Source of the DNA: Acidimicrobiales bacterium
GTDB taxonomy: Bacteria > Actinomycetota > Acidimicrobiia > Acidimicrobiales > GCA-2861595
DNA length: 64,000 nt
Direction: 5' to 3'
Assembly: GCA_035536185.1 (NCBI GenBank)
Contig: DATLOM010000008.1
Location: forward strand, 32,400 to 96,399
The notes below the pieces were generated by a model. The model was not told the DNA's origin, ran no database searches, and saw nothing but the letters and a program-made list of their open reading frames with translations. Below, one piece after another: positions 25,939-35,667 of this stretch (positions within the stretch are counted from its first letter, which is position 1; each line of letters opens with the position of its first letter). The translations under genes and the position numbers were made by a program.

Positions 25939-27150
25939 TTAGCGGCGGGCCCAGCGCTCCTGCAGGTCGGAGAGGCTGACGCCCGCCACCTTCCGCAGAG
26001 TGGCATCCACCTGGTGGTCGGTGCTGCCCGGCTCCACTTGGACCTCGCCCAGGGCACGGAAGAAGGCCGTGGGTGCCCCCAGGCCCTTCTCGGCGGCCAG
26101 GACCGACATGGCCGCCCGGCTCTCCCGGTAGGAGCGCACGATGCTCTCGGACGCACCGGTGGAGAACTCGTGGTCCCGCGGCAGCTCGGTGTCGCCGCCA
26201 CGCGGCCGACGCTCGTTGGTCGGGCGGCCGGTGGCCACCCACTCCGAGACCCCTTCGTGCACCCATGTGGGGATGAACGGCCCGACCACGGGCGCGGCGG
26301 CGGCGTGACTCAGCTCGTGCACCAGGGTCGACACCTGGAAGGGCCGGGCGTAGCGCCCCAGGCGGTCGTCCTGGATGAAGATCCGGGGGGCGGTGGTCTG
26401 GTAGCGGTCGTCGTCGATGGCCGAGTAGGAGACGAAGGCCACGAACTTGTCGAGGTCGACCGTCGACTGGAGGATGCGCTGGAGCTCTTCGACCGAGCCA
26501 GGCAGCACGAGAGGGATGCGCCCCGACCACGGTTGGTCCCAGACCCGGCTCAACTCGCTCATGCCCTCCTCGGCGATGGCCCCGAGGGCGGCGGCCCGCT
26601 CGGCCTGCTCGGGGCGGCTCACGACCAGGAAGTGCTCCGTGGGCTGGAGGCGCACCGGTCCGAGATCCCACAGCTGGTGGGACGACTCGAGCCCCAGCTC
26701 CTCCAGGTCGCTGTCGGAGGCGACGTACCAGCCGTCCCCCCGCTCCACGAAGGTCAGCCAGAGGTGTTCGACGGCGTCGCGGTCGTCGTAGTCCCGCAGC
26801 CGGTACACCTGGCGTGTCTCGGGGAGGAACGTGCGACCATCGCCGTGGCGGCCGGCGGCGGCCCGTGAGAGGTCACCTGTGTCGAAGGTGCGGGCCTGGA
26901 GCGCGTAGGACGCCAGCGGCAGCGAGGAGAGCCCGTCGAAGGAGCGACGCTGCGCCTCGCGGAACTCAGCCGGCGCCCGTGGGTCGACGGTCGCCAGGAA
27001 GGAGTCACGGTCGCCGGAGCGGACGGCCCCAGCACGGCGGTCGAGCACCTTCTGCACCGCGGTCAGGGGGTCGTCGGCGCCCCGGGCCGGTGTGGTCGGG
27101 GCGAGCCCCAGGCCGACGAGCAGGAGAACGACGGGGACGAGGCGGCGCAT
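25939..27150 (-). CDS. Secreted zinc metallopeptidase-like protein (HExxH)
   Basis: Signal peptide MRRLVPVVLLLVGLGLAP, LVHELSHA, and a downstream HEGVSEW (third ligand Glu). Confidence 0.72.
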   Translation of the reverse strand: MRRLVPVVLLLVGLGLAPTTPARGADDPLTAVQKVLDRRAGAVRSGDRDSFLATVDPRAPAEFREAQRRSFDGLSSLPLASYALQARTFDTGDLSRAAAGRHGDGRTFLPETRQVYRLRDYDDRDAVEHLWLTFVERGDGWYVASDSDLEELGLESSHQLWDLGPVRLQPTEHFLVVSRPEQAERAAALGAIAEEGMSELSRVWDQPWSGRIPLVLPGSVEELQRILQSTVDLDKFVAFVSYSAIDDDRYQTTAPRIFIQDDRLGRYARPFQVSTLVHELSHAAAAPVVGPFIPTWVHEGVSEWVATGRPTNERRPRGGDTELPRDHEFSTGASESIVRSYRESRAAMSVLAAEKGLGAPTAFFRALGEVQVEPGSTDHQVDATLRKVAGVSLSDLQERWARR

Positions 27151-27215
27151 CGGCGCCCATTGTTGTCGCGGTATCCCCCTTCGCCGCATACGGCACCGGT
27201 ACCTTTTGGCCCACG

Positions 27216-28475
27216 GTGACGGTCACCCTCCTCTCCTCGCCGGCCGATCTGCCCGCCGATCCTCCGGACGGGCTGTTCGTCCTCGTTCGGGAAACGCCGG
27301 CAGAAGAGGCCTCCGCGCTTGCCGCCACCCTCGGATGCGGCCGTCCGGTCACCGCGGCGCAGGCCGCCCTGAACCTCTCCGCCCGGGCGAGCGCCACCGC
27401 CCCCGAAGAGGTCGCTGCCGAGGCGGCCGAGCAGCGGGAGGCGGCACTCGATCTGGCCCGGGAGAGGGCGGCCGAGGCGCTCGATCGCGTGCCCACCCGC
27501 GCCCGCGGCGTCCCCCGAGAACGGCTCCAGAACGCCTCCGCGGCCGTCAGGGCGGCGGAGGCGGCGGTCCTGGACGCAAGGGCGCAGCTCGGCGAGCGGC
27601 CCGAACTGCCCGCCGAGGCCGCCCAGGCCGCCCTCGCCGCCGAGGAGGCGGTGACCGGCGCCCGTCAACAGCGGTCGGTGGGTGTCGACCGGTCGTCGAA
27701 GCTGCTGCTGGCCGCCAACGCGGCGGGCATTCTCATCGTCGCCGGCCGCATCCGCACGCCGGCACTCGATCCCCTCTTCGTGCTTGTTGCCGCGCTCCCG
27801 CTCACGGCGCTCCTCCACCTCGTGGTCACCTTGGGCGCCAACACCTGGACGGCCCGGACCGCCGCCAGTTTGCGGGCGGCGGCACTGCGTGACGCCGGCA
27901 TGGCCACCATGACCGGGCTCGTCGCCAGGAACGCCCGGGTGAAGGCCTGGACTGCACGGGCCGATGCGCTGGCCGCCGCCGAGGCCGGGCTGGCCGAGGC
28001 CCGCCGGCGGTGGACCGGCCTCACCGGAGCATCAGCCGGACCGTCGTCGATCGCCGCCCTGCTGAGGACGGTGGAAGAGGCGGAGCGGACGGCAGCCGGA
28101 CTCGCCCGGCTCGAGGCCGAGGCCGAGGCCGAAGGTGCGGCCGCGGCACCGATCGACGACCCCGCCGGCGCCCTGGTGATCCTCCTCGAAGGGGCGGCCG
28201 ACGACGCTCTGGACCAGGAGACGCTGGTGCTCCTCGAGCGCCTGCGCATGCAGGAGGTGCCCGCCCCCGTGGTGGTGGTGAGCGCGTCTTCCGACTTGGC
28301 CCGGTGGGCCGGCGCCGGGACGGTCGACACCGCGGTGGAGGGTGACGCCGAGGGCGCCGGCGCCCAGGTGCTGGACATCCGCGAGCGGGTCATGGCCAGC
28401 CTCGACCGCCTCCGGGCCCGGGCCGCCAGCTTCGGCGACCCAACCCCACCCGGCGACATGGCCGCCGAGGGCTGA
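27216..28475 (+). CDS. Hypothetical Ala-rich coiled-coil protein with two TM helices
   Basis: Real part of track ORF 26814..28475 from GTG 27216 (start approximate). Typical codon usage. Confidence 0.6.
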   Translation: MTVTLLSSPADLPADPPDGLFVLVRETPAEEASALAATLGCGRPVTAAQAALNLSARASATAPEEVAAEAAEQREAALDLARERAAEALDRVPTRARGVPRERLQNASAAVRAAEAAVLDARAQLGERPELPAEAAQAALAAEEAVTGARQQRSVGVDRSSKLLLAANAAGILIVAGRIRTPALDPLFVLVAALPLTALLHLVVTLGANTWTARTAASLRAAALRDAGMATMTGLVARNARVKAWTARADALAAAEAGLAEARRRWTGLTGASAGPSSIAALLRTVEEAERTAAGLARLEAEAEAEGAAAAPIDDPAGALVILLEGAADDALDQETLVLLERLRMQEVPAPVVVVSASSDLARWAGAGTVDTAVEGDAEGAGAQVLDIRERVMASLDRLRARAASFGDPTPPGDMAAEG

Positions 28476-28537
28476 CCCGCCCGATCCACCTCGCCCGCCG
28501 AGCCTTCTCCGGGTCGGGCCCGGTGCGATGATGCCGG

Positions 28538-29158
28538 GTGCCCCCTCGGTTCGAGTACCGCCAGGTCCGGGTGGACGGCGACGAGGGGCCCATCGTCATC
28601 GGCTTCGATGCCATCATCCCGGCTGAGGGGCTGACGGTCATGGTGGGGCCGTCGGGATCCGGCAAGACCACGCTGCTGCGCCTGCTCAACCGCCTCGACG
28701 ACCCGGACGACGGTGCGGTGCTGCTCGACGGCGTCGACGTTCGTGAGCTCGACGTCCTCGCCCTCCGCCGGCGGGTCCAGCACGTGGGCCAGGTGCCCGT
28801 GACGTTCCCGGGCACCGTGGCCGAGAACATGGCCGAGGCCGGCGCCGCCGGCCAGGAGGTGGGCGAGCTGCTCCGACGGGTGGGGCTTCCCGCCGCCCTC
28901 GAGAGCCGGGAGGCCGACCGCCTGTCGGTCGGTGAGGCGCAGCGCCTCTGCCTGGCCCGGGCCCTGGCCGTCCGGCCCGACGTGCTGGTCCTCGACGAGC
29001 CCACCTCCGCTCTCGACGCCGGGTCCAAGGCGGGTATCGAGGGCCTGGTCCGCTCGGTGGCCGGCGACGGGCTCACCGTCGTGATGGTCACCCACGAGGT
29101 GCGCCACGCTTCGGAACTGGCCGATCACGTGGTGGAGGTGCGGCCGTGCAGGACCTGA
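28538..29158 (+). CDS. ABC transporter ATP-binding protein (FetA/YbbL-like)
   Basis: GPSGSGKT, LSVGEAQR, VLVLDEPT and VTH motifs. Confidence 0.9.
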   Translation: MPPRFEYRQVRVDGDEGPIVIGFDAIIPAEGLTVMVGPSGSGKTTLLRLLNRLDDPDDGAVLLDGVDVRELDVLALRRRVQHVGQVPVTFPGTVAENMAEAGAAGQEVGELLRRVGLPAALESREADRLSVGEAQRLCLARALAVRPDVLVLDEPTSALDAGSKAGIEGLVRSVAGDGLTVVMVTHEVRHASELADHVVEVRPCRT

Positions 29159-29934
29159 GCGGGACCGTCGGCTACCCCGAGGTCGCCCTCGCCCTCCTCC
29201 TCGTCGCTGTCGGGGCGCTCATCTCCCGCTACCGGCGCCTCGGCCTCGAAGGCGACGTAGTGGTGGCCACGGTGCGGTCCTTCGCTCAACTCCTGGCCGT
29301 CGGCTACGTCCTCGCCTTCGTGTTCGACGGCCACGGCGGGCTCACTGCGGTCGTGCTGGCTGCCATGGTCGGCGCCGCCGCCTTCACCGCCGGCGGCCGG
29401 GCCCGCTCCATCCCCGGTGCCCGCCTGGTGGCGGCCGCGGCGCTGGCCACCGCCTCCATCGGCACCCTCGGCGTCATTGTCGGCGTCGGCATCATCCCGC
29501 TTCGAGCCCGGGCGATCGTGCCCCTCGGCTCGATGGTCATCGCCAACGCCATGACCACCACGGCACTGGTGATGACCCGCCTGCGTGACGACCTGGGCGC
29601 CCATCGGCGGGAGGTGGAGGCCCGCCTGAGCCTGGGCCAGACGGCCAACGCCGCGTCCCTCCCCTGGCACCGGGCCGCCCTCCGTAGCGGGATGCTGCCG
29701 ATCGTCGACCAGACCAAGGTCGTCGGGCTCGTATCCCTGCCGGGCGCCATGACCGGCATGATCCTGGCCGGCGCGCCGCCGCTGGCGGCCATCCGCCTCC
29801 AGCTGGTGGTGATGTACATGATCCTCGCCGGCAACGCTTTCGCCGCCGTGGTCGCCGGCGAGCTCACCCGCCGGCGCCTCTTCACCCCTTCGCACCAGCT
29901 GGTGCGCAGCCTCCGCCGGCGCCGGGAGGTCTAG
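29146..29934 (+). CDS. ABC permease, FetB/YbbM (UPF0014) family
   Basis: VRSFAQLLAVGYVL, IVPLGSMVIAN and GLVSLPGAMTGMILAG motifs. Confidence 0.88.
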   Translation: MQDLSGTVGYPEVALALLLVAVGALISRYRRLGLEGDVVVATVRSFAQLLAVGYVLAFVFDGHGGLTAVVLAAMVGAAAFTAGGRARSIPGARLVAAAALATASIGTLGVIVGVGIIPLRARAIVPLGSMVIANAMTTTALVMTRLRDDLGAHRREVEARLSLGQTANAASLPWHRAALRSGMLPIVDQTKVVGLVSLPGAMTGMILAGAPPLAAIRLQLVVMYMILAGNAFAAVVAGELTRRRLFTPSHQLVRSLRRRREV

Positions 29935-29943
29935 CCCAGGGAG

Positions 29944-31056
29944 CTACAGGGCGACGCCGAGGAGGCGGGCGGCGGCCGATACTCCCCTGCCGGCGGCGGC
30001 CGCTTCGTCGATGGCGGCCAGCGCCGCCGGCGCATCGAGATCGTCGTCGAGAGCCGCCCGCACCTCGGTCAGGGCAGCCTCGCCCTCGCCCCCGGCACGC
30101 CACCTCTCGAGGCGGGCCCCCGCTTCGGCCATCAGCTCGTCGTGCCACTCCCAGGACGTGCGGTAGTGGTGGGCGAGGATGGACAGGCGTACCGCTGCTC
30201 CGTCCCACTCCTTCAGGAGATCGCTCACGAACACCAGGTTGCCGAGCGACTTGGACATCTTCTCCCCGCCGAGGCGAACCATCCCGACGTGCATCCAGTG
30301 GCGAACGAAGAGCTGCCCGGTGGCCGCTTCCGACTGCGCTGCCTCGCACTCGTGATGGGGGAAGATGAGGTCGGAGCCACCGCCGTGGAGGTCGATGGTC
30401 GGGGCCAGCTCCCGCATGGCCAGCGCCGAGCACTCGATGTGCCAGCCGGGGCGACCGGGCCCCCACAACGACTCCCAGAACGGCTCGCCGGGAGCCGAAG
30501 GCTGCCACAGGACGAAATCGAGAGGATCCCTCTTAGCCGGGTCGTCGGGGTTGCCACCCCGGCTGGCGGCCAGCTCCAGCATGGTCTCCCTGGAGTGGTG
30601 GCTCAGCTGCCCGAAGCGGGGAAAGGAGCCGACACTGAAGTACACCCCGCCGCCGGCCTCGTAGGCGTGGCCGGACTCCAGCACCATCCCGATGAACCCG
30701 AGGATGTCGGGGATGGCCGACGTGGCCCTGGGCTCGCTGAACGACGGAAGCAGCCCGAGGGCGTCCATGTTGGCGTCGAACCTGGCCATCTCCTCGGCCG
30801 CGAGGTCCAGGTAGTGGACACCCAGCTCCCGCGCCTTGCGCAGGATGTCGTCGTCGACGTCGGTGACGTTGCGCACGCAGCGGGTCTCGTGGCCGAGGTC
30901 GCGCAGGCGGCGCTGGAGGACGTCGTAGGTGACGTAGGTGGCGGCATGGCCGATGTGGGCGGCGTCGTACGGCGTGATGCCGCAGGTGTACATGCTGACG
31001 ACGGGACCGGGGCGGAAGGCGACGATCTCGCCGCGGGCGGTGTCGTGGAGGTTCAA
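29944..31056 (-). CDS. mshC: Cys:GlcN-Ins ligase (MshC), CysRS-like
   Basis: MYTCGITPYDAAHIGHAATY, PGWHIECSA, FPHHE and KMSKSLGN. At only 370 aa it lacks the CysRS anticodon-binding domain. Confidence 0.78.
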   Translation of the reverse strand: MNLHDTARGEIVAFRPGPVVSMYTCGITPYDAAHIGHAATYVTYDVLQRRLRDLGHETRCVRNVTDVDDDILRKARELGVHYLDLAAEEMARFDANMDALGLLPSFSEPRATSAIPDILGFIGMVLESGHAYEAGGGVYFSVGSFPRFGQLSHHSRETMLELAASRGGNPDDPAKRDPLDFVLWQPSAPGEPFWESLWGPGRPGWHIECSALAMRELAPTIDLHGGGSDLIFPHHECEAAQSEAATGQLFVRHWMHVGMVRLGGEKMSKSLGNLVFVSDLLKEWDGAAVRLSILAHHYRTSWEWHDELMAEAGARLERWRAGGEGEAALTEVRAALDDDLDAPAALAAIDEAAAAGRGVSAAARLLGVAL

Positions 31057-31709
31057 ATGTCGATGCCGGTGAGGCGGACCGCCGTCCGCGCCCGGTAACG
31101 GATGTTGAGCTGGAGCAGCACGGCGGTGAGCGACTCGATGGGGCCGGCGTTGGACATCGAGCCGGCGTTCAGCGGCCGGAGATCGGGGATCATGTCAACC
31201 AGCTCGGCGGTGGCGTCGTAGGCGGCGGGATGATCGGAGCAGATGAGCACGTCGCTCTCCACCGGGTGGTCGAGGTTGGCCAGAGCACGGGCCGGGAGGT
31301 GATGGAAGGCGGCGACCACCATCGAGTTCGGGACCGAGTGCTGGACGTGGGCGGCCACCGATCCCCGGGGCGGGACGAGGGGTTCGAAGTCGTCGCCGAC
31401 CTTGGCGAGAGCGTTGGCCATGGAGATGACCACCTTGCCCTCCAGGTGCTTGGCCACGGACCCAGCGGTGGCCGCGGCCGCCTCCCAGGGTGTGGCGATT
31501 ACGACCACGTCGGCCTCGGCAGCAGCGGTGTTGTCCCCCGCCTCGACCCGAAGGGTGCGACCGGGCCACTTGGCGACGATGGCGTCGCAGGCCTCCTGGG
31601 CCCGCTCGGCGGACCGGGAGCCGAGGACGACCTCGACCCCCACCGATGCCAGTCGGGCGGCGAGGGCGCGCCCGGCCGGTCCGGTGCCTCCGACTATCCC
31701 TAGGTGCAT
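31053..31709 (-). CDS. npdG: NADPH-dependent F420 reductase
   Basis: GIVGGTGPAGRALA Rossmann motif, VAAFHH, and IESLTAVLLQLNIRY C-terminus. Confidence 0.8.
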   Translation of the reverse strand: MHLGIVGGTGPAGRALAARLASVGVEVVLGSRSAERAQEACDAIVAKWPGRTLRVEAGDNTAAAEADVVVIATPWEAAAATAGSVAKHLEGKVVISMANALAKVGDDFEPLVPPRGSVAAHVQHSVPNSMVVAAFHHLPARALANLDHPVESDVLICSDHPAAYDATAELVDMIPDLRPLNAGSMSNAGPIESLTAVLLQLNIRYRARTAVRLTGIDI

Positions 31710-31761
31710 CTGCACGACGCTACCGGCTGCGGTTCAGGCCCAGGATCTGCCCGTTGCGGGG

Positions 31762-32820
31762 TCAGCAGTAGCGGGCGACCGTCGGGAAAGGGTTGACCGG
31801 CCCGCCGCCACCGGGATGGATCTCGAAGTGCAGGTGCGGCGAGCTGGCGCTGGCGTTGCCGCTGCTCCCCACGTAGCCGACGACGGTACCCGCACCGACC
31901 CGGCCGGATGCGCCGCTGAGGCGGTCGAGGTGGGTGCCGAAGTAGGTGTTGCCGTCGGCCCCTGACAGGTAATACGAGATCCCTCCCCGGCTCGAGTTGT
32001 GGCCCCGCACGGTGCCGGCCACGCTGGCCACCACCGGGGTGCCCCGGCTGGCGAAGATGTCGTTCCCCTGGTGCCGGCGCCCGCCCGACCGGGGTTGGCC
32101 CCAGTCGTTGCTGAAGGCCCGGGCCCCCTGAACCGGGCAGATCCAGTCGCCTGAGCCGAGCACCCGACTTACCTCAGCCACGGACTTGTTCACGGCGGCC
32201 GAGCCGGAGCTGCGGGTCGGCCGGGCCCTGGCCGCCGCCGCCCTGGCCGCCGCCGCCTTCTCGGCCGCCACACGCGCCTCGTAGGCCTTTTGCGCGGCGG
32301 CGAGGCGGGACAGCTCGGCCGATATCCGCGTGCGCTCCTTGCGGAGCTCGCCCACCGCCTTGCGCCGGGCGTCCAGCTGTTCTCCGAGCGCCTCCCTGGT
32401 CTCTCCCAGCTCGGCCCGGGTGGCTCGGTAGCCGTCGATGGCATCCGCCTGCTGCTGGGTCACCGAACGCAGCAGGGCCTGGCCCCGCACCCTGTTGGTG
32501 AAGTCCGCCTCGCCCATCCACGACTCAGGGGCTCCGCTGCGCAGGTACTGGCGGACCGCCATCTGGCGGACCTGGTTCTCGAGGGAGGACAGGCGGGCCT
32601 TGGTCTGCTCGGCCCGCGACTCCAGCTCGACGATCCCGTCCTGAGCCCTCGCCAGGGCGCTCTCGGCCCGGCCCAGGTTGGCCGCGGCCCGGTTGGCCTT
32701 GGCCTGCACCTTGCCCAGTTCGGCCGCGGAAGGGCCCTTTTCGGCGCCCTCCGCCGGAGTGATGGATGTCGCCGCTGCGCCCAGCACCAGGGCGGCAACC
32801 GCTGTCACGGCTCGCCGCAT
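31762..32820 (-). CDS. M23 peptidase with coiled-coil N-terminus (EnvC-like)
   Basis: Signal peptide, coiled coil, HQGND, HLD and HLHFE motifs. Confidence 0.9.
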   Translation of the reverse strand: MRRAVTAVAALVLGAAATSITPAEGAEKGPSAAELGKVQAKANRAAANLGRAESALARAQDGIVELESRAEQTKARLSSLENQVRQMAVRQYLRSGAPESWMGEADFTNRVRGQALLRSVTQQQADAIDGYRATRAELGETREALGEQLDARRKAVGELRKERTRISAELSRLAAAQKAYEARVAAEKAAAARAAAARARPTRSSGSAAVNKSVAEVSRVLGSGDWICPVQGARAFSNDWGQPRSGGRRHQGNDIFASRGTPVVASVAGTVRGHNSSRGGISYYLSGADGNTYFGTHLDRLSGASGRVGAGTVVGYVGSSGNASASSPHLHFEIHPGGGGPVNPFPTVARYC

Positions 32821-32831
32821 GGCAGGTAACG

Positions 32832-34511
32832 CTACGACGGCCGGTCCTTCGTGGCCAGATAGGGACCCATCACCAGAGCGTCCATGTCGCTGCCGAGGTA
32901 GTCGGCGACGGCCTCGGCGGGACGGTGCACCATGGGTTCACCGCGCACGTTGAAGCTCGTGTTCAGGACCACCGGTACGCCGGTGAGGCGGTCGAACTCC
33001 TCGATCAGGTGATGGAACTCCTGGTTGAAGGCCCGGGTGACGCTCTGGAGGCGGCCCGTGCCGTCGACGTGGGTGACAGCTGGGATGACGTCCCGCTTCT
33101 CGGCCCGCACCGTCTGCACGTGGAGCATGAACGGGGTCGGGTAGTACGACTCGAAGTACTCGGCGCCCCGCTCGTGCAGGATGCTGGGGGCGAAGGGGCG
33201 GAAGCCCTCCCGGCGCTTGATGCGGGCGTTGACGGCGTCCTTCATCTCGGCTTTTCTCGGGTCGGCGAGGATCGAGCGGGCGCCCAGGGCGCGAGGCCCC
33301 ATCTCGGCCCTCCCCTGAAACCAGCCGACGATCTTGCCGTCGGCCAGGAGCTGGGCCGCCGCCGCCGCGGGATCGCGGACCTCTTCGAAGGCCAGCCCCT
33401 GCGCCGACAGGGCCTCAGCCTGCTCCTTGGCCCCGAAGGAGGCTCCCAGGAAGGCGTGCTCGATGCTCCAAGCCCGGGGATGCCCCAGCTCCTGGTGCCA
33501 CACCCACAGGGCGGCGCCGAGAGCGTTGCCCGCGTCCGATGCCGCCGGCTGGACGAAGACGTGCTCGAAACCCGCCTCACGCAGCAGCCGGGTGTTCATC
33601 ACCGAGTTCAGGGCGACGCCGCCGGCCACACAGAGGTTGGTGGCGCCGGTGGCCAGCTGCAAGCCGCGGGCTACGTGCAGCGCCGCCTCCTCGATGAGGT
33701 TCTGCACGGCGAAGGCCATGTCCTCGTGGCGCTCGGTGATCTCCGACTCGGGGACCCGCGCCGGGCCGAAGCGGTCGAGGAACCGCGAAGACAGGAGCCG
33801 GCCCTCCCGCTGGTACCCGAACCAGTCGAGGTTGACCTCGAACAGCCCGTCGGGCCGGAAGTCCACCAGGTCGCGGAGCTCGGAGGTGAGCCGTTTGGTG
33901 CCGTACGGAGCCAGGCCCATGACCTTGCCCTCGTCGGCGTTCGGCCGGAACCCGAGGTACCAGGTGAGGGCGGTGTAGACCTCGCCTAGCGAATGGGGGT
34001 TGGCCACCTCGGCCATCGTCTTGATCCGGTTGCCCTCGCCGGCGTTGAGCGTGGTGGAGAGGAAGTCGCCGCCGCGGTCGAGGGTGAGGACGGCCGCCCT
34101 GTCGAACGGGCCGGGGAAGAAGGCACTGGCGGCGTGGGCCTTGTGGTGGCCCACGTGGAAGACCGGGCCCCGGTAGCCCCAGCGCCGGCGGAAGGCCTGC
34201 TCACGGAGCAGCAGGCGGCCATCGACGAAGGCCTGGGCGGCTAGGCGTTTGGGAGCAGCCCGGCGAATGGCGTCCTTGGCGCCGCGGGCGAAGTCCACGA
34301 CGGCGTCGTGGCCAAAGGCGACGCCTTCGAGCTCGCCGGCACTGATCCCCGCCTCCGCCAGGCAGAACCCGATGGCGTCGTCGGGGAAGGCCTTGGTGTG
34401 CTGATCCCGGTTGAAACGCTCCTGCTCGGCGAAGGACGCGGCGATCCCGTCGACCAGCAGGCACGCCGACGTGTCGTGGCTGAAGCAGTTGATTCCGAGG
34501 ACCGCACCCAT
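32832..34511 (-). CDS. Carbamoyltransferase (NodU/CmcH family)
   Basis: SHDTSACL, HHKAHAASAF, EGKVMGLAPYG, GPRALGARSIL, FRPFAP and LNTSFN motifs. Confidence 0.92.
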   Translation of the reverse strand: MGAVLGINCFSHDTSACLLVDGIAASFAEQERFNRDQHTKAFPDDAIGFCLAEAGISAGELEGVAFGHDAVVDFARGAKDAIRRAAPKRLAAQAFVDGRLLLREQAFRRRWGYRGPVFHVGHHKAHAASAFFPGPFDRAAVLTLDRGGDFLSTTLNAGEGNRIKTMAEVANPHSLGEVYTALTWYLGFRPNADEGKVMGLAPYGTKRLTSELRDLVDFRPDGLFEVNLDWFGYQREGRLLSSRFLDRFGPARVPESEITERHEDMAFAVQNLIEEAALHVARGLQLATGATNLCVAGGVALNSVMNTRLLREAGFEHVFVQPAASDAGNALGAALWVWHQELGHPRAWSIEHAFLGASFGAKEQAEALSAQGLAFEEVRDPAAAAAQLLADGKIVGWFQGRAEMGPRALGARSILADPRKAEMKDAVNARIKRREGFRPFAPSILHERGAEYFESYYPTPFMLHVQTVRAEKRDVIPAVTHVDGTGRLQSVTRAFNQEFHHLIEEFDRLTGVPVVLNTSFNVRGEPMVHRPAEAVADYLGSDMDALVMGPYLATKDRPS

Positions 34512-34588
34512 GGCGTCATGATCGTGGCCAGGGCCCCCGGACCGCCACCTCGGCTCGCTCCCGGCGCCGATGCGGGCATACTGCTCGG

Positions 34589-35629
34589 ATGCGCCGCTCA
34601 CCCCTGCTGGTCCTGATCACCGTCCTTTCCCTCGGCCTCGCCGCCTGTGGCGGTGGTGACGACGACGACGAGGCCGGGCCCACGACGACCGCGGCGGGGC
34701 CCACCACCACACCTCCGGGTCAGCCTGGTTTCCCCGCCGACGCCGCTCCCCTGACGGCGCTCACGCAACCCGACGCCGCTCTGCGCCAACGGGTGGCGCT
34801 GGTCGTCAAGATCGACAACGCGCCGCAGGGCCGTCCTCAGAGCGGGCTCAACCAGGCCGACATCGTCTACGTCGTGATGGTCGAGGGCGGCGTGACCCGG
34901 CTGGCCGCCGTCTTCCAGTCCACCGATGCCGACCCGGTGGGCCCGGTCCGCTCCGCCCGCTCCACCGATATCGGCTTCCTCTCCGCCCTCAACCGGCCCC
35001 TGTTCGCCTACGCCGGCACCAACGCCGACACCCAGAAGGCGGTGGCCGCCGCTCCCCTCGTCGACCTCAGCTCCGGGCCTGGCTACCGGCGCGACCCGAA
35101 GCGACCGGCGCCCTACAACCTGTTCAGCTCCACCTCGGCGCTGTACTCCCGTGCCCCGAAGGACGCCGGCCCGCCGCCCCCGCAGTTCGCCTACCGGCCG
35201 GCGAACGCACCGCTGGCCTCGGCCGGAGCGGCGCCGGCGACCAAGGCCCACGTCGTGTACAAGCGCAACGTGACGACCGACATCAACTACGAGTGGAACG
35301 GGTCGGGCTGGGCCCGCAAGCAGAACGGCACGCCCCACGTCGACGCCGCCGGCACCCTGGTGGCCCCCCCGAACGTGATCATCCAGTTCGTCACCTACAA
35401 GGACAGCGGGCTGGTGGACCGCTCGAACAGCGGGGTGCCCGAGGGCCAGCTCATCGGTGATGGCGAGGCGTGGGTGCTGAGCGACGGCAAGATCGTCAAG
35501 GGGAAGTGGGCCAAGGCCAACCCGACCGAGCCCACCCGGTTCACCGACCCGGCGGGCGCACCCATCCCACTCACCCCGGGCCGCACCTGGATCGAGCTGG
35601 CTCAGCCAGGTACCGCCACGGCCGGCTGA
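34589..35629 (+). CDS. DUF3048 lipoprotein, copy 1
   Basis: Lipobox LAAC, VVKIDN-PQGRPQSGL, VEGGVTRL and GPVRSAR motifs. Confidence 0.85.
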   Translation: MRRSPLLVLITVLSLGLAACGGGDDDDEAGPTTTAAGPTTTPPGQPGFPADAAPLTALTQPDAALRQRVALVVKIDNAPQGRPQSGLNQADIVYVVMVEGGVTRLAAVFQSTDADPVGPVRSARSTDIGFLSALNRPLFAYAGTNADTQKAVAAAPLVDLSSGPGYRRDPKRPAPYNLFSSTSALYSRAPKDAGPPPPQFAYRPANAPLASAGAAPATKAHVVYKRNVTTDINYEWNGSGWARKQNGTPHVDAAGTLVAPPNVIIQFVTYKDSGLVDRSNSGVPEGQLIGDGEAWVLSDGKIVKGKWAKANPTEPTRFTDPAGAPIPLTPGRTWIELAQPGTATAG

Positions 35630-35667
35630 GCTTTGGGCGGGGCACCGCCCTCTGCCAGAATGCGGGG

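Noticed and set aside
18527-29934. Functional link between nfeD-qmcA and fetAB-like genes (neighbours in E. coli)
   Set aside because: They are about 9 kb apart here, on opposite strands and separated by unrelated genes, so coincidence cannot be excluded.
29944-31056. Canonical cysteine--tRNA ligase
   Set aside because: It is too short, lacks the anticodon-binding domain, and the GITPYDAAHIGHAATY variant fits MshC better.
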